Origin: Chrysomallon squamiferum
Lineage: Eukaryota; Animalia; Mollusca
DNA: 64,000 nucleotides
Direction of reading: 5' to 3'
Assembly: GCA_012295275.1 (NCBI GenBank)
Contig: CM022674.1
Span: 16,616,001-16,680,000, forward strand
Below, in pieces: positions 28,795 to 45,627 of this stretch. Under the pieces are notes generated by a model, which was not told where the DNA came from, searched no databases, and saw only the letters and a program-made list of their open reading frames with translations. Made by a program: the position numbers and the translations under genes. The first letter of the stretch is position 1. Every line of letters starts with the position of its first letter.

Positions 28795-29867
28795 CAATGG
28801 GTGCTAATTTGGCGCGTGATCTACGACTTAGAGGAAACTATAGCAGGCATGTAAAGTAATAAAACAGATTGGACCTAATGCGTGATAAATATATAAGAAC
28901 ATCACATATGGCAAACTTGATTTCTGAATAGGTATAAGATTTGGTAGTTTATTTGTATTCCACTCTGTGATTTTACTTGTTCGTTTCAATTTCTGAAGTA
29001 CCCTTAAGATGTTGGCTAAAGATTTTTACAACGTGATCAGAGACGAGACGAAGGCAGTTACAGTTTTACGAAGAAATGTCCTTGTAAATCAGGGGTGCGC
29101 AACCTGCGGCCGTGGAAACGATGTCACCTCATCACATTTAACGTCTCAGTATAAACACTCGTACAACATGAATTTCCTATCACTGTCAGATGCCGTACAC
29201 AAAATGTCGCCTAGTATTCATTTTTAGATCCGACAGTTTTGAAGTTGTTATTTAATAAAAGTAATAAATGATATTAATAACGGTTTTATTTTTTGCTTTA
29301 ACGGGAATCAACAAGAAAGAAGTCAGTTTATGTGGAAATATGTAAACGCACCCATTATTTACATGCAGCATTTTCAGTCACAGAGGTTCACTGTTAGAAA
29401 ATTATACAAAATCATATATGTTACGTTTTCAGAGTTTACGTAATCACAGTGAAATGTCTGCGGCCCTAGTGTCAGTGAAGTTAAAGCGCTGTGGCCTATA
29501 AGACCAGAAAGTTTGTGCGCCCCTGTAATGTAGATGATGTAGAAAATGTTGCACTATGTCGTCATTGTGGTGGAGAAATGAAGGAAGATCGAAGAAAACT
29601 GAAGATCTTTTTCTTACGTTTCTAGCAGATATTCGCTCAATTCATCAATACAGTATTCACATATAGTATACTTTTTAGCCCTTGTTCCTATAAATTACAA
29701 ATATGTAATATTTGTGTTTTTTTAAATTTATTTATGCCGTGAAACAAAAATAAAAAACCAACAATAAACAAAATAATAATTAAAATAACCGCGTAGATCA
29801 CACACCAAAGTTACTTGTTGCTCGATGTAGATCATTAGATCGCGTAGATCATACGCTAAAGTAGCAC
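28795..29867. mobile_element. Non-autonomous hAT-like element hosting a nested MITE
   Basis: Inverted repeat GTGCTAATTTGGCGCGTGATCTACG (28801-28825) versus CGTAGATCATACGCTAAAGTAGCAC (29843-29867), 21/25 matches; repeated GTAGATCA subterminal motifs. Confidence 0.55.
29090..29525. mobile_element. hAT MITE with CAGGGG terminal inverted repeats
   Basis: CAGGGGTGCGCAACCT ... AGTTTGTGCGCCCCTG (13/16 inverted match) and GCGGCC subterminal motifs; target-site duplication is only partial. Confidence 0.65.
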
Positions 29868-31489
29868 TGAATAATGAGAGTCTATGTGCTATAAACTTTT
29901 CATTTTTGATCGAAAAATCTTCTGTAATAAAATAATGTATTTGTAAATACTTTCTATTTTCTGCAAGTTAATAACACACACCGTTATGATCAGTTAACAA
30001 CATTACGTTCTCTGTCACAAGTCACTGTGATGACATGAAAATACAGAAGCAATTCTGACAAGTGACGTCACTTATTTTCGGGTAATGACATTTAATTCAC
30101 AGACAGTTTTATTGCAAGAGTTATATTAAAATTTATTAAAAAAAAGCAACAAAAAAATAAAGCTAGTAAATGTATATCCTTAGATTCATTTCTTATATTT
30201 CGTTTTAAACTTACTTAAATAATAATAATAATTATAATAATTTTAAAAAAAAGGTAGATTGTATTTCCTGCACTATAAATAGTCTCGTCTGCCTTTCATT
30301 TTCAGCCTCAGATCGTCAAAATAGAAATTTAAACTAGACTTGAACCGGGTTACTTGTTTCGTGAATTAATTACCAGTAAATCAATTTAATTATTAATGCC
30401 CATTCAATAAATTAATAAAAAATAATATTCATCCAAAAATATAACTGATAAAGGAAAAAAGAAAACTGAAATACGTTTTTTACTGTTATAACGTAACATT
30501 AATTACAAACTGACATGATCAAGTCTAGCGTTAGATTTAATTATTTATCTGTGCATAATGAATGCTAATGATGTTATTGTGCCGGTTGGTCTTTTCACCG
30601 TTGTGATTATTATTATTATTATTATTTATATTGGTGTCGCTGTCGTTGGTATCTTCTGTTATTGTTGTCTCATTGTAATTTTTCGCTTTTTACGGAAACT
30701 GTTATTCATACATTGTTAATTAATATAATTACTGCCGTCGTTGTGGTCTTTTGCGTTAATGTTTTGGTTTTTCCTGTTGACATTATCATCATCGTCATCA
30801 TCATCACATAATTATTATTATTTTATCATTATTGTAATCATCATTTGTATTGATGTCCTCGCTGTTGCCTTTATTTTAATATTATGTTGTAGTTTTCACT
30901 AATGTTTTGAAATGATTTCTGTTATTCCTGTACTGCTATCGTTTCTGACGTTGTTGTGATACCGTTGTTGTTAGTTTTTTTCTTCATATAAGTCTAACTG
31001 TGATTGTTAACGCTGGTGTCGTATCATCGGTGTTTTATTAATGTTGTTCTCATTTAACTAACTGACATTTTTACCATTTTGTTAATATCACTGCTTCCGT
31101 GGTTGTTGTTGTTGTTACTGTGGTGGTTGCTGTTTTATATCGTTGTTATATTTTTTACTGTTAATGTTACTGTTCCCGATGTTGCGTTTTCCCTTGATGT
31201 CAGAATTATTACTAGCAGTAGTAGTAGTATTGTAGTAGTACCTGTAGTATCACCGCTGCGCGACATACATGCGTACATCGATACACACAACACACACACA
31301 CACGCCCAATCATACACACCGCAAGCAAATACCATGGAAGTGAAATCAGTTCAACTTACCGTCTTTAGTTATTTCTTCCTTCATTCACTGCGTCTGACTC
31401 GCTACACACTGTAACAGATGGTGGGCCCGCCATCACAGACGTCTTAACATGAGTTCGCACAATATTCGTCAGCCACGGCATTAATGTTC

Positions 31490-31825
31490 GTCACACGTTT
31501 ATTTAGACTGGGCGTGTGCTATCAATGTCTCTCCAGATGGTAGGGTGTGCATGTCCAACTAGCTTTGCAAAGGCGCTGTTCCATCCCTCGCATGTGTTGT
31601 TGGTTCTTGATTCCCCTTCATGAGGACACATAGGTGTTGTCAATGTAGTCCAGCAGAGGTTCGAGTCTTTCTGGTATGTGCTGCTGTAGATATGACAGAC
31701 CCTCAGGGAGATCATCCACTAGTAAGAAGGCGAGTCCATCTAGCAGGCCACAGAAGAGTTTCACGTCCTCCTCTTCTCTATATCGCTGTACAAGACCAAG
31801 AGTCTGGATGTGGCCTGTGTTAGGT
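31490..31825 (-). mobile_element. Mutator (MULE) transposase fragment
   Basis: IQTLGLVQRYREEEDVKLFCGLLDGLAFL..LLDYIDNTYV, then in a shifted frame RTNNTCEGWNSAFAKLVGHAHPTIW (RTNN..EGWN catalytic-E motif). Confidence 0.85.
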
Positions 31826-32455
31826 GACAGAAGCAGCCATGTACAAAAATCAAATAAAAACAAACAAACAATAACACCACCACCACCACCACCACCACCA
31901 ATAATAATAATAAGCCTATTATTATGTGAGTTTGTCCTGCTTTGTTATTACCGCTGTCATTGTTGTCGTCGCTACTGTTAATGTTTTTTTTTTTTTTTTT
32001 TTTTTTGACTGGATGGCTTTTATCTCATGTCACTATGATTATTATAAATATTGTCATCATCACTATTTTCACGGAGCCCAGCGCATAAGCGGTCTTAGTT
32101 TCGAGTGATAACGAATCTATTAAATATGGCTCGTTTCTTGTCTAGGGATTGCGCCTTTTGTGGACCCAATGACCGTGTAATAAAAAAACTGTGACTGATG
32201 ATTATAATATATATATTTGCATATACTACAGATATAAAGTATATATAATATCAAGTATCCACTATGATGTAGGTATAAACAAAATTGCGATCCGTGGCTT
32301 AGTAAATAAGTTAGGACCAATTTGCTATGTTAAAGAAACACAGAAAACAGTACATCTAAATATCGCTAAGAAAACGTTCCACTGCTTGAACGAGGCCCTA
32401 TTAGGGTATGGCTAAACACCCTACTGCGTGAGATAAAAAAAAAAAAATGTTTACC

Positions 32456-32756
32456 GTCATAACTGTCATCTTCATTAATTGTCATTACTGTCACCTTCAT
32501 TACTTGTCATTACTGTCACCTTCATTACTTGTCATTACTGTCATCTTCATTAATTGTCATTACTGTCACCTTCATTAATTGTCATTACTGTCACCTTCCT
32601 TAATTGTCATTACTGTCACCTTCATTAATTGTCATAACTGTCACCTTCATTACTTGTCATTACTGTCACCTTCATTACTTGTCATTACTGTCACCTTCAT
32701 TATTTCTCATAACTGTCACCTTCATTAATTGTCATTACTGTCACCTTCATTACTTG
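32456..32756. repeat. 25-bp minisatellite, ~12 copies
   Basis: Unit GTCATTACTGTCACCTTCATTA(A/C)TT. Confidence 0.9.
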
Positions 32757-33435
32757 TTTTCTTGTTGCCGTCGTCGTTGTTTACCGTAAATGGTAACTTT
32801 CATTATTTCTGCTGTTGTCAGCTTCATCGTTGTCGTCATAGTCATTATAATGAGTGTTATTTTAATTCTTATTATTGTAACTGTTTTTGTGTTTTGTTGT
32901 TGTTGTTGTTCTTCTTCTTCTTCTTTTTCTTCTTCTTCTTCTTCTTTTTCTTCTTCTTCTTCTTCTTCTTATTATTATTATTATTATTTCTACTGCTATC
33001 GCTGTGTTGTCATCGTCTTGTCATTATTACTATTAACAGAATCGCTGTAATTCTCAATAATATTTTGTCTTTTTCACGGTATTTATTTGTTATTTTGTTA
33101 TCATTTGAATTATAATTATTCATGTCGTTGTTGCTGTTTCATTACTGTGAATGTTGTTATTTTAATGATTTCTCGTCTTCATGTTGTAATAATTGTTGTT
33201 GTTGTTATTATTATTAGTTCTATTATTGTCTGCCTGTTTAGTGTCTTATCGTCGCTATTATTGATACTTTTCTACTTCTTATTATTATTTAGCGCATTTT
33301 ATGGTGTCTTTGTTATTATTATTATTGCTGCCGTCCTTGTTAATGTTCTTCTTGTAGTGGTTGTTCATTTTTCTATTCTTGTCGATTTTATTATATCATC
33401 ATCATCATCAACAACAACAACAACACACACTCACA

Positions 33436-33479
<44 letters not shown>

Positions 33480-34006
33480 TCCAACGTCGAACCGTTAGTC
33501 TTAATTTTGAAGAAGAAAAAAAGAAGAAAACGAAATATATTATTTTAAATCAATTATTAAATTAATACGGAAATAAATCATTGAAAACATATTTTTTGTA
33601 TATATGTATATTTTTAAATCTAAACAAAATAAAGGGGAACAGTATATTAATCATCATCATCATCATCACAGCATAAAGAACAACAACACAATAATAAACA
33701 AATAAACAAATAAATAAATAAAAGAAAGAAACTACAAGACAGCTTATGTTTCGCTGCCATGACAACTCGTTTATCGATCGACTTCAAGTCGTGTCACAGC
33801 GCTCAAACAAAATTAATAAACTAGGTCACCCCCCACCCCATACCATCCCATCCAGTTCTCAGTACTCACTGCTGATGTGAATTTCAACTTAAACACTGCA
33901 CAAACAACTGACGCTTTACAATTCTTTCCGAAAACATTTATTACAGCAAATTCGATAACGACGACAACAACAACAAAAGAGAAACGGTCAAATTGAAAAT
34001 AATAAT

Positions 34007-34043
<37 letters not shown>

Positions 34044-34083
34044 TAAAATAAAGTAATATTAAATAAAAATAAAATAATCAAAA

Positions 34084-34123
<40 letters not shown>

Positions 34124-34150
34124 CTATATACAGGTTTTGATATTAAATTA

Positions 34151-34201
<51 letters not shown>

Positions 34202-34237
34202 TACTCTTTATTTTTCAGTTTACTACATGTACAGCAG

Positions 34238-34406
34238 GGGTTGCCAACTGCATCCTGTTGAAGAACGGTGCATAGAGTGGATTCTTCACGCTGGAACCAC
34301 TGGGTAACTTTCCAGACAGAAGATGATGATGGCCAACCATGCTGAAAAACTTATTGTTCCACCCTTCACAACAGTTGTTCTTTCGGTGGCCGGCATTGAG
34401 AGTGAC
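34238..34406 (-). mobile_element. MULE transposase fragment, inverted near-identical copy of ~36050-36219
   Basis: VTLNAGHRKNNCCEGWNNKFFSMVGHHH..; the DNA is the reverse complement of the + copy. Confidence 0.85.
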
Positions 34407-35469
34407 TTTCCTGTACACTCGATAACGTCATTTCCTGTACTCTCGATAAAGGTCACTTCCAGAACCACTAAGAACGTCATCAAATAAACCATTTTGTTAA
34501 ACGGTTGTAGGAAAGAAAAAATGGAAAAAAAAAACAAACAAAAAAAGGAACAGGAAGGAAATTAACAGAAAAAAAATAATAACAAAGAAACGGAAAGAAA
34601 GAAACACTACATTTTTACGAAAATTCCTATTTCAAAAATGTTAAAGGTATTAAAATTATTTTTTTATACCAAACTAATATTATTAATGCTACTTAAATAT
34701 TCCATCATAAATATGCACCTCTTTCTCCCATTAATCATCATTCCGCAATTGACAATCCATATCTTTCACCATAAACACTATGTCAATCTATATCTGTACA
34801 TATCTCTAACATAAGTCAATTTCCCAGTTGACTTACCCAGATGAGTTTTAATTGTCATTGAGTCCTTGACCTATCCAATGGGTTCTTTTAATGTCTCATT
34901 TATCATTTTCTTTAAGAAACCATTCTCTAACTGACCCATTCAAGGGATAATCCCTTCTCTTTATGTCCTCAGATCTATCCCTTTATGTTATCCCATATAT
35001 GGCTTTCCCGATGACTTCCAACTTAATTACCGATGATATCAGTATAAAAGATGCGAGGGAGTACCATTCCTTAGAATCATTAGTGCCATCATTAGAATAA
35101 ATACACATACATATGCATAAAATTACTGTGGATGTCATCAAGAGTCAGAAAGGTGGATCAATTTTTTTTTTATCATGGCAACATGTATACCAAGTTAGCT
35201 ATTAGGAAGAACATTTGGTTGAAGTGCTCCAAGAAAGTCAGTCTGATTTTGTATAAGGGTGCATATACTGTATAGAATTTTATGTACATTTTATATTTCT
35301 GAAACGCACTAATATGTTAATAAATGCGATTTAATTGGATGGGCGGGAAAATCTTCTATGTTTCTTCAGAACAAAATGAAAAAATTAAAGAATGGGTCTA
35401 AGGTTTGAATATCAATATTTCTGAATGACTTCATATTCTGGTATTAATTAGTGTATTATATTGTGTCTT

Positions 35470-36364
35470 TATAGGTTGTCTGGCTACACTCAGCACTACG
35501 GCAGACATGACTGATCCTGAACCCGGTCGTTCATGCACCTGATCACACTGAGATCTCATACACCAAGTGTCGCAGCGCCATGCGTGACCAAGCTGCGAAC
35601 TCACTGAAAAAGTCATCACAGATCTTCACTCGTCTCAGCCGAGCTCTGACCAGATGTGCAGTCACGAATACCACTCGAGGAGAACACTAAGCAAGACTCT
35701 TCCAGCACCACAGCACCTCTCTGAGTTGATACCAGATAAGTGGCAGAAAACAGTTGGCCCTTATCCAGAGCCATTCCTACTCTACGACACTGGACCAGAG
35801 ACTATTAGCAGGATCATCGCCTTTACCACAGAACTGGGACTGAGGCGCCTGGCCACTGCGACTACCATCTTCATGGATGTCAACGTCTCCATGGCTCCAT
35901 CTCAGTTCTCCCAGGTTTATGTGCTTCGTGTACCTTTCCGTGACGTTGGAATGACATGTGTTTACGCGTTGCTGCAGAACTAGTCCAGTTCTGTGTACGA
36001 TGAACTGTTTGAAGCGGTTGTGGACAAGTGTGAGGAGTACGGACATGAGGTCACTCTCAATGCCGGCCACCGAAAGAACAACTGTTGTGAAGGGTGGAAC
36101 AATAAGTTTTTCAGCATGGTTGGCCATCATCATTCTTCTGTCTGGAAAGTTATCCAGTGGTTTCAGCGTGAAGAATCCACTGTACGCACCGTTCTTCAAC
36201 AGGATGCAGTTGGCAACCCTCCGAAGAAGTGCAAGAACAAAGGTCATATTCGCCTTCAGAGGAGACTCAAATCCTTGTGCCAGGACCGTGTCAACAGTTC
36301 CAAGTCCATTCCTGAGTTTTTGGTTGGAGTCGGACACAACATTCGTATTACTAAGTGCTTATGA
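35470..36364 (+). mobile_element. FLYWCH-MULE transposase pseudogene, internally deleted
   Basis: GCLATLST..HAPD (FLYWCH-like end); FLLYDTG..RIIAF..IFMDVNVSMAPSQFSQVYVLR..CVYALLQN*..YDELF (MULE N-terminal part); then a direct jump to NNCCEGWNNKF..HSSVWKVIQWFQREE. The central second-D/CxxH region is absent. Confidence 0.88.
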
Positions 36365-36599
36365 CCTAAATGATACAAAGAAATTCATATATGAGAATAA
36401 ATTTATTGTGAATAAAACTGTTTCTTTCTTCCCTGTTTCTTTTTTTTTACTGTTTCTTTCTTTCGGTTTACCGTTTAATTTAGACAAATATTGTGTTTTG
36501 TAATATTTGAACGGCCCCTTAGAGTTAGATTATTTTTCATTTTAGGGTTAGGGTTTAGAGCGATGCGTAGAATGGTAAACGTCTCAATGTACTCAGTGC

Positions 36600-36780
36600 A
36601 CTGAATTAGAGACAAAGTGAACATGATTAAAAAACATATTGAATCACTGTCTTCATCTGCTGAGGAAAAAGGGAAATCTCACTGATTTGACTAATCTAAT
36701 AGTTTCAGAAAGACTGTGAAAGCAAAGAGAAAAACTTGAAACTGAGTTCGAAAGTTGCAAAATAATAAAACTGAGAGAGA
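36600..36780 (+). mobile_element. Possible C-terminal relic of a DNA-transposon protein
   Basis: Broken frames read KHIESLSSSAEEKG..SNSFRKTVKAK, resembling coiled tails of invertebrate transposase-like ORFs. Recognition is tentative. Confidence 0.25.
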
Positions 36781-37882
36781 ATTCCAACTGATAATTCAGA
36801 CAACAAACCCATAAGGAGTAGGATTTGGGGCAGTTTAAAGATATGGGTTATTAATTCAATAAAAAGAAATCAAGGCGACAACTGTTTCTAAAGCAATACT
36901 TCTGTATTCATGTTTCTCTCAATCTGCCTTACATATCATCATAGTGATGTCTAACACCAAGAATAAAACTGCATTTTAAAACGCTAAAATAAATTACATT
37001 AAATTTGTCATTACTAGTAATCGTACCTGAATACTCTGCAGCCTAGTCGAGGAAATCGTTTTAACTCTGACAAACATATTTAAAAACTGCTAAAAACACT
37101 TTGTTGTGATTGAGTTCGCTTGGAAATCGTTTTGGAAATTTGGATTTGTGGGCTATGGAAGGTTTTGGAAACGTTATTATTATTATTATTATTATTAGTA
37201 GTAGTAGTAGTAGTAGTTGTATTATAAAAAACAATTTTGTTAATTATGTATCACAATAATTACATAATATTAAGTCTTCCTTTCAGTGTTGTGTTGAGAA
37301 AATCTTATTTTACAAATTTTAAAATAAACGTTTAAATGAATTTTAAAATTAGTGATTTACTGAAATGTAATAAATGAAAAACTTGTAATAGCTCTTTTCT
37401 GCAGAGAATTAAACATTTATTACAGAAATCGTAAATGAAATTTCTACCAAGATGTATTACTTTTTTCTTATATTTTTAATATTATCTTTTCTTCTTTTCT
37501 TTTATTACTTTTTTCTTATATTTTTAATATTATCTTTTCTTCCAAACAAAAAATAAAATGAAAAAATAAAATAAAAATAAGATAAATAAAAATAATACAA
37601 TAATAAAATAACGAAAATAAAATAAATTAAAAAATACAACATGTAGAACCCGAGTTTGAGTTCCTTGTTGTTTGTTTCCTTGTTTCATAACAAACTTGTG
37701 GCCACAGAGACATTTACATTTTTAAAATTGGTGTTAATATTACTTTAATGGAATGAACAAAAAGACATAATTTTTACTTACATTAATTTTTCTTTTTGCT
37801 TTTCAAACAAAAAAATCTTCAAAATAAAACATACTCCGGGTATTTTCTAGATCGGCTTGCATCTCAGTTCCAGTGTAACAGG

Positions 37883-38538
37883 TCGCAATCCTCTGTCACG
37901 TCTGAAACACGGTTGTAAGATTGCGAGTCTCTGTCACGTCTGAAACACGGTTGTAAGATTGCAAGTCTCTGTCACGTTTGAAACACGTTTGTAAGATTGC
38001 GAGTCTCTGTCACGTCTGAAACACGGTTGTAAGATTGCGAGTCTCTGTCACGTCTGAAACACGGTTGTAAGATTGCGTGTCTCTGTCACGTCTGAAACAC
38101 GGTTGTAAGATTGCGTCTCTGTCTCTGTCACGTCTGAAACACGGTTGTAAGATTGCGAGTCTCTGTCACGTCTGAAACACGGTTGTAAGATTGCGAGTCT
38201 CTGTCACGTCTGAAACACGGTTGTAAGATTGCGAGTCTCTGTCACGTCTGAAACACGGTTGTAAGATTGCGAGTCTCTGTCACGTTTGAAACACGGTTGT
38301 AAGATTGCGAGTCTCTGTCACGTCTGAAACACGGTTGTAAGATTGCGAGTCTCTGTCACGTTTGAAACACGGTTGTAAGATTGCGAGTCTCTGTCACGTC
38401 TGAAACACGGTTGTAAGATTGCGAGTCTCTGTCACGTTTGAAACACGGTTGTAAGATTGCGAGTCTCTGTCACGTTTGAAACACGGTTGTAAGATTGCGA
38501 GTCTCTGTCACGTCTAAAACACGGTTGTAAGATTGCGA
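37883..38538. repeat. 38-bp minisatellite, ~17 near-identical copies
   Basis: Unit CTCTGTCACGT(C/T)TGAAACACGGTTGTAAGATTGCGAGT; no spacers between units. Confidence 0.95.
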
Positions 38539-39983
38539 GTAACAGAATGTAAATAAATAAATAAATAACTACTTTTGTATTATTATTATTATCTTCAGTT
38601 CTTATTCTTGTTCTTGTTATTTATTTATTTAAAAGTTTTCATCATTGGGATAATGTTTAAAAAAAATTCGTGAAAAAAAAAAATCTTGTTCAGGCACGAC
38701 ACCCAGCTGGTTGAACGATTGTTTAGTTTTCTGGGTCTGCAAGCTGGTTGTGCGAAAAGTAGTTTTAAAAAGTACATCAATTTAAAAATAAGGAAAGATT
38801 CATATTACTTATTAAAAATCTGAACAAATAATTTTGCCTCTGTCAGACACAATTAACTCAATGTTTATCCTGATTCCTGTCTTTATACACATAGCATTCT
38901 GAATGACTAATCTTAATCTTATAATCGGAAAGGTAACTGAATCCAGATGTATACACTGTAGAATTATTCTAAATGTAACTCTTTGACAATTCATAAACAG
39001 ACACAGAGACAAAAAATAAATAAATAAATAAATAAATAAAAATAAATAAAAAAATAAATTTTATGAACTGTTTGTCGCAGACTAAACAAATAATACAAGT
39101 ATTTTGTAACCGGACAGCAAACTTAAACCAACTGTGCACGTTGCAGGATTATATCTTGATACGACTATTTCACAATGCATAAACGAGCAGACAAAGGATA
39201 CTATTTAGATATGATTGTTGACACTTAACAAAAGGGTGGACACTCAGATGTTAAATATGTTAAAATATAACGACTGTTTCTCAGTGCTAAACACGGACTG
39301 ACGACAACTTTAAATATTTTATGATATTTCGAGCGGAAAATAGTCCGTTTCGTACTTTGCGGTTTTGAATGATTCTATACATACGACTTTGGTAGATTAA
39401 TTTTATAATGCTGTTTTCGTTTTCCAAATATATCCCTGTACATATAATGGTACTCAAATCATACTCGGATACCCAGTATAGCAAATTTGTGTTTGTTTGT
39501 TATGTACGTCAGATAACAATAGTCTGTCACTGCTGCACGAGATACACAGAGGTACAGCCGAGAGCTATTTACGACGATTTGAAAAATTCACTGTTTATAT
39601 GGTGTCTGTGCGTAAGTGTAGAAATAAATAGGAAAATATGAAGTAATTTACGTTTATCAACATTCAAGATAAATAATAACACATGTTCAATAGCAAAAAT
39701 GACGAGAGAAACAACAATAATATATTATAAAACATGAAAAAAGGTAAACAGATGTATTTTATTATTTGCTGCATTTAGATTGTTGAACGTTATCTTCTTC
39801 TTCTACTTCTTCTTCCTCTTTTTCAGTTATTAATACGCAGGTTCGAACATCGTTTATCGACAAACCAGTGAAATACATTCTATATTCAAATTTTGTGAAT
39901 TAGATTCCAAGCAAATTTAAATCATAAACAGAGACGGGGTAGATCTTTGCTCTCAGGATTCCCTTTGTTTACCGTGAAAGTCA

Positions 39984-40047
<64 letters not shown>

Positions 40048-40264
40048 GATAATCACAGTCATTAAGAATCTAAATTATGTTCTTAATTATGTGGCACCCA
40101 CGTCTATAGGTATATATATATATATATACAACTGAAAAACTCGCAGAGACAAGAATTATATTTTATCTGAAAATAATTTTAAAATGTTCTGCTGGTTGTT
40201 AACTGTTTACTTCTTAAAAGCTCGTTTTCAGTCATTTTCTAAAACGTGAATATTTTTATTTAGA

Positions 40265-40449
40265 TCAGACAGCAATAGCTCAGTACTGCTACCACGATAG
40301 CTAGACGCGTGTTTTGTTAGTTCAAATGAAGCAATAGTACTAGCCTAATGAAAAAATATATTAACTAGAGGAATAAAAAAATATGTATGAAACACAATTC
40401 CGAGTGACAGGAATTTTTTATAATTCAAAATATTGTAAATAATGCCATT

Positions 40450-40487
<38 letters not shown>

Positions 40488-41090
40488 AACAACCGAAAGA
40501 CGGTTTCTCAAATTAATGAAAAAAAGAAAGCAATATGAAAGAAAATGTTTGAATTGTTAATGTGTTTTAGCTTTTATTTGATATAAATCCATAAACTGCT
40601 ATTTTTGAAACAATTGCTAAATGTAAATTTATAACACTTGTGAAATTTAATTTTATGTTTGTTTTCTTTGGAAAAAGTTGTTATATGTAAATTTACATAA
40701 ACAAATGTTGCTGAATTCTTTTATTTTAATTTATGTTCTGGATAAAGATATGTTTATGACAATTTTAAAAAAATTGTCAATAACTGCAGAATATAATTTT
40801 TATCAGTTATTACTAGAAAAATACACCGAAAGTGCACGTAATTTGAAATAAATACAAGAAGAACAGTAAGCATGCTGATAATAAGAAAAATGTCCTAAAA
40901 TAAACAAAACAACACAAACTATAATAAATGAATGAATGAATGGATAAATAAATAAATAACCAAATACGTACAATTCTAATACATTTCTGAAATAAATGTA
41001 TAGAATTCTAAACAACCAGAACAATAACCCTAAAAATAATCGACTAGTTATTAAATTTATATTAAATTTATCTGTAAACAGTTCATATCT
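40265..41090 (-). pseudogene. Second, more decayed copy of the PARP catalytic exon and adjacent intron
   Basis: TGTTTTGTTAGTTCAAATGAAGCAATA (~40310) matches ~42331; AAATGTTTGAATTGTTAAT..TTTTAGCTTT..TTTTGAAA (40540-40610) matches 42580-42650; flanking intron blocks are also shared. Confidence 0.7.
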
Positions 41091-41224
41091 GTATTTAGAT
41101 AAAACAATATATTTTTTGTTCATGTAAAACAGTGCTCACGATATGCCATACTCTCGATAGTGTTGAAATCAAGTTTATGCCATGTGCTGTCAGTTTGTAT
41201 TGAATATTCAGAACCGTGACTGGT

Positions 41225-41600
41225 AAATTGGCACGTTGTAAATTGTCAGAGGCTACAAGGTGGCAAATTATTGGCATGAGAGATCCAGGAATTCTCATCA
41301 AACTATTTGGATGTCAACTTGCGCGCAGTATATCCATCATTTCAAGACTGTTAAACAAAACACAGAGCTTTAAAAACAGGTTTTTAAAGATCGTCCAAAC
41401 ATCGAAGACCCTCTAAGACAACAATGAGAGAGGAGAGAAAATTGCAGAGACCAGTTAGATGTCGTTCATGGGTCTGAACCACATCTTTAAAACAATAGTT
41501 GTTAGAATTGAGCTCTATTTTCTATACGACACTGAGAAATCGGTTAAAAGGAGGACAGAAAACATGAAATAAATAAAACTGTCTCAAGCTCACAAAGGAG
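41225..41600 (+). mobile_element. Tc1-like transposase N-terminal (HTH) relic
   Basis: ARCKLSEATRWQIIGMRDPG..QLARSISIISRLLNK..KDRP..RPSKTTMREERKL, with frameshifts. Confidence 0.75.
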
Positions 41601-41801
41601 TACCACATTTAAACATGTAGATAAAACATGAGATTTATAACGGTTACCTCACTGAAAGGAACAAACATTAAACTAGTTTTAAACCTTACGTTTAAAGAAT
41701 AGTGTCATCATCGTAGTCGTAGTCGTTGATACTGGTGTTTTATGTTAGAAAACTGATTGACACGAATGTGATTCTGATAATTATAGAATATTTACTTGTA
41801 G

Positions 41802-42067
41802 GTGATGCCCTGATAAACACTGTAACAGATAACGTTCGTCACAATGGTATGAGATTCTCTACAGAGGACAATGGAAACGCATGTGCTAGGGTTTATAAGG
41901 GAGGCTGGTGGTACAACGACTTTCACTCTGCCAATCTGAACGGTCTGTACCTCAACGGAACCAATAACCTCTTTGCTGTAGGCATCAACTGGTCTCCATA
42001 GAGAGTCTATTACTATTCACTGAAGAAAACTGTAATGAAAATTCGTCCATTTTCGGTTTTGAACTAA
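41802..42067 (+). pseudogene. Fibrinogen C-terminal domain (FReD; ficolin/tachylectin/FREP type) terminal exon
   Basis: TTGTAG acceptor, then GDAL..HNGMRFSTEDNGNACARVYKGGWWYNDFHSANLNGLY..GINWSP*RVYYYSLKKTVMKIRP. TAG at 41999-42001 replaces the expected Trp and the second Cys reads Phe. No upstream exons recognised. Confidence 0.88.
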
Positions 42068-42092
42068 AACAGCAATGAAATTTGGATCATAA

Positions 42093-45627
<3,535 letters not shown>

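Noticed and set aside
32456-32756. Cys/His-rich repeat ORFs (CHYCHLHY)
   Set aside because: Translation of a 25-bp minisatellite whose unit is not a multiple of 3.
37883-38538. CRISPR-like array (repeat length ~38 bp)
   Set aside because: Units are head-to-tail with no unique spacers, there are no cas genes, and the context is eukaryotic.
41999-42001. Stop-codon readthrough or recoding in the FReD and PARP genes
   Set aside because: Stops are of mixed types and come with frameshifts, lost conserved residues and a broken splice site, consistent with ordinary decay.
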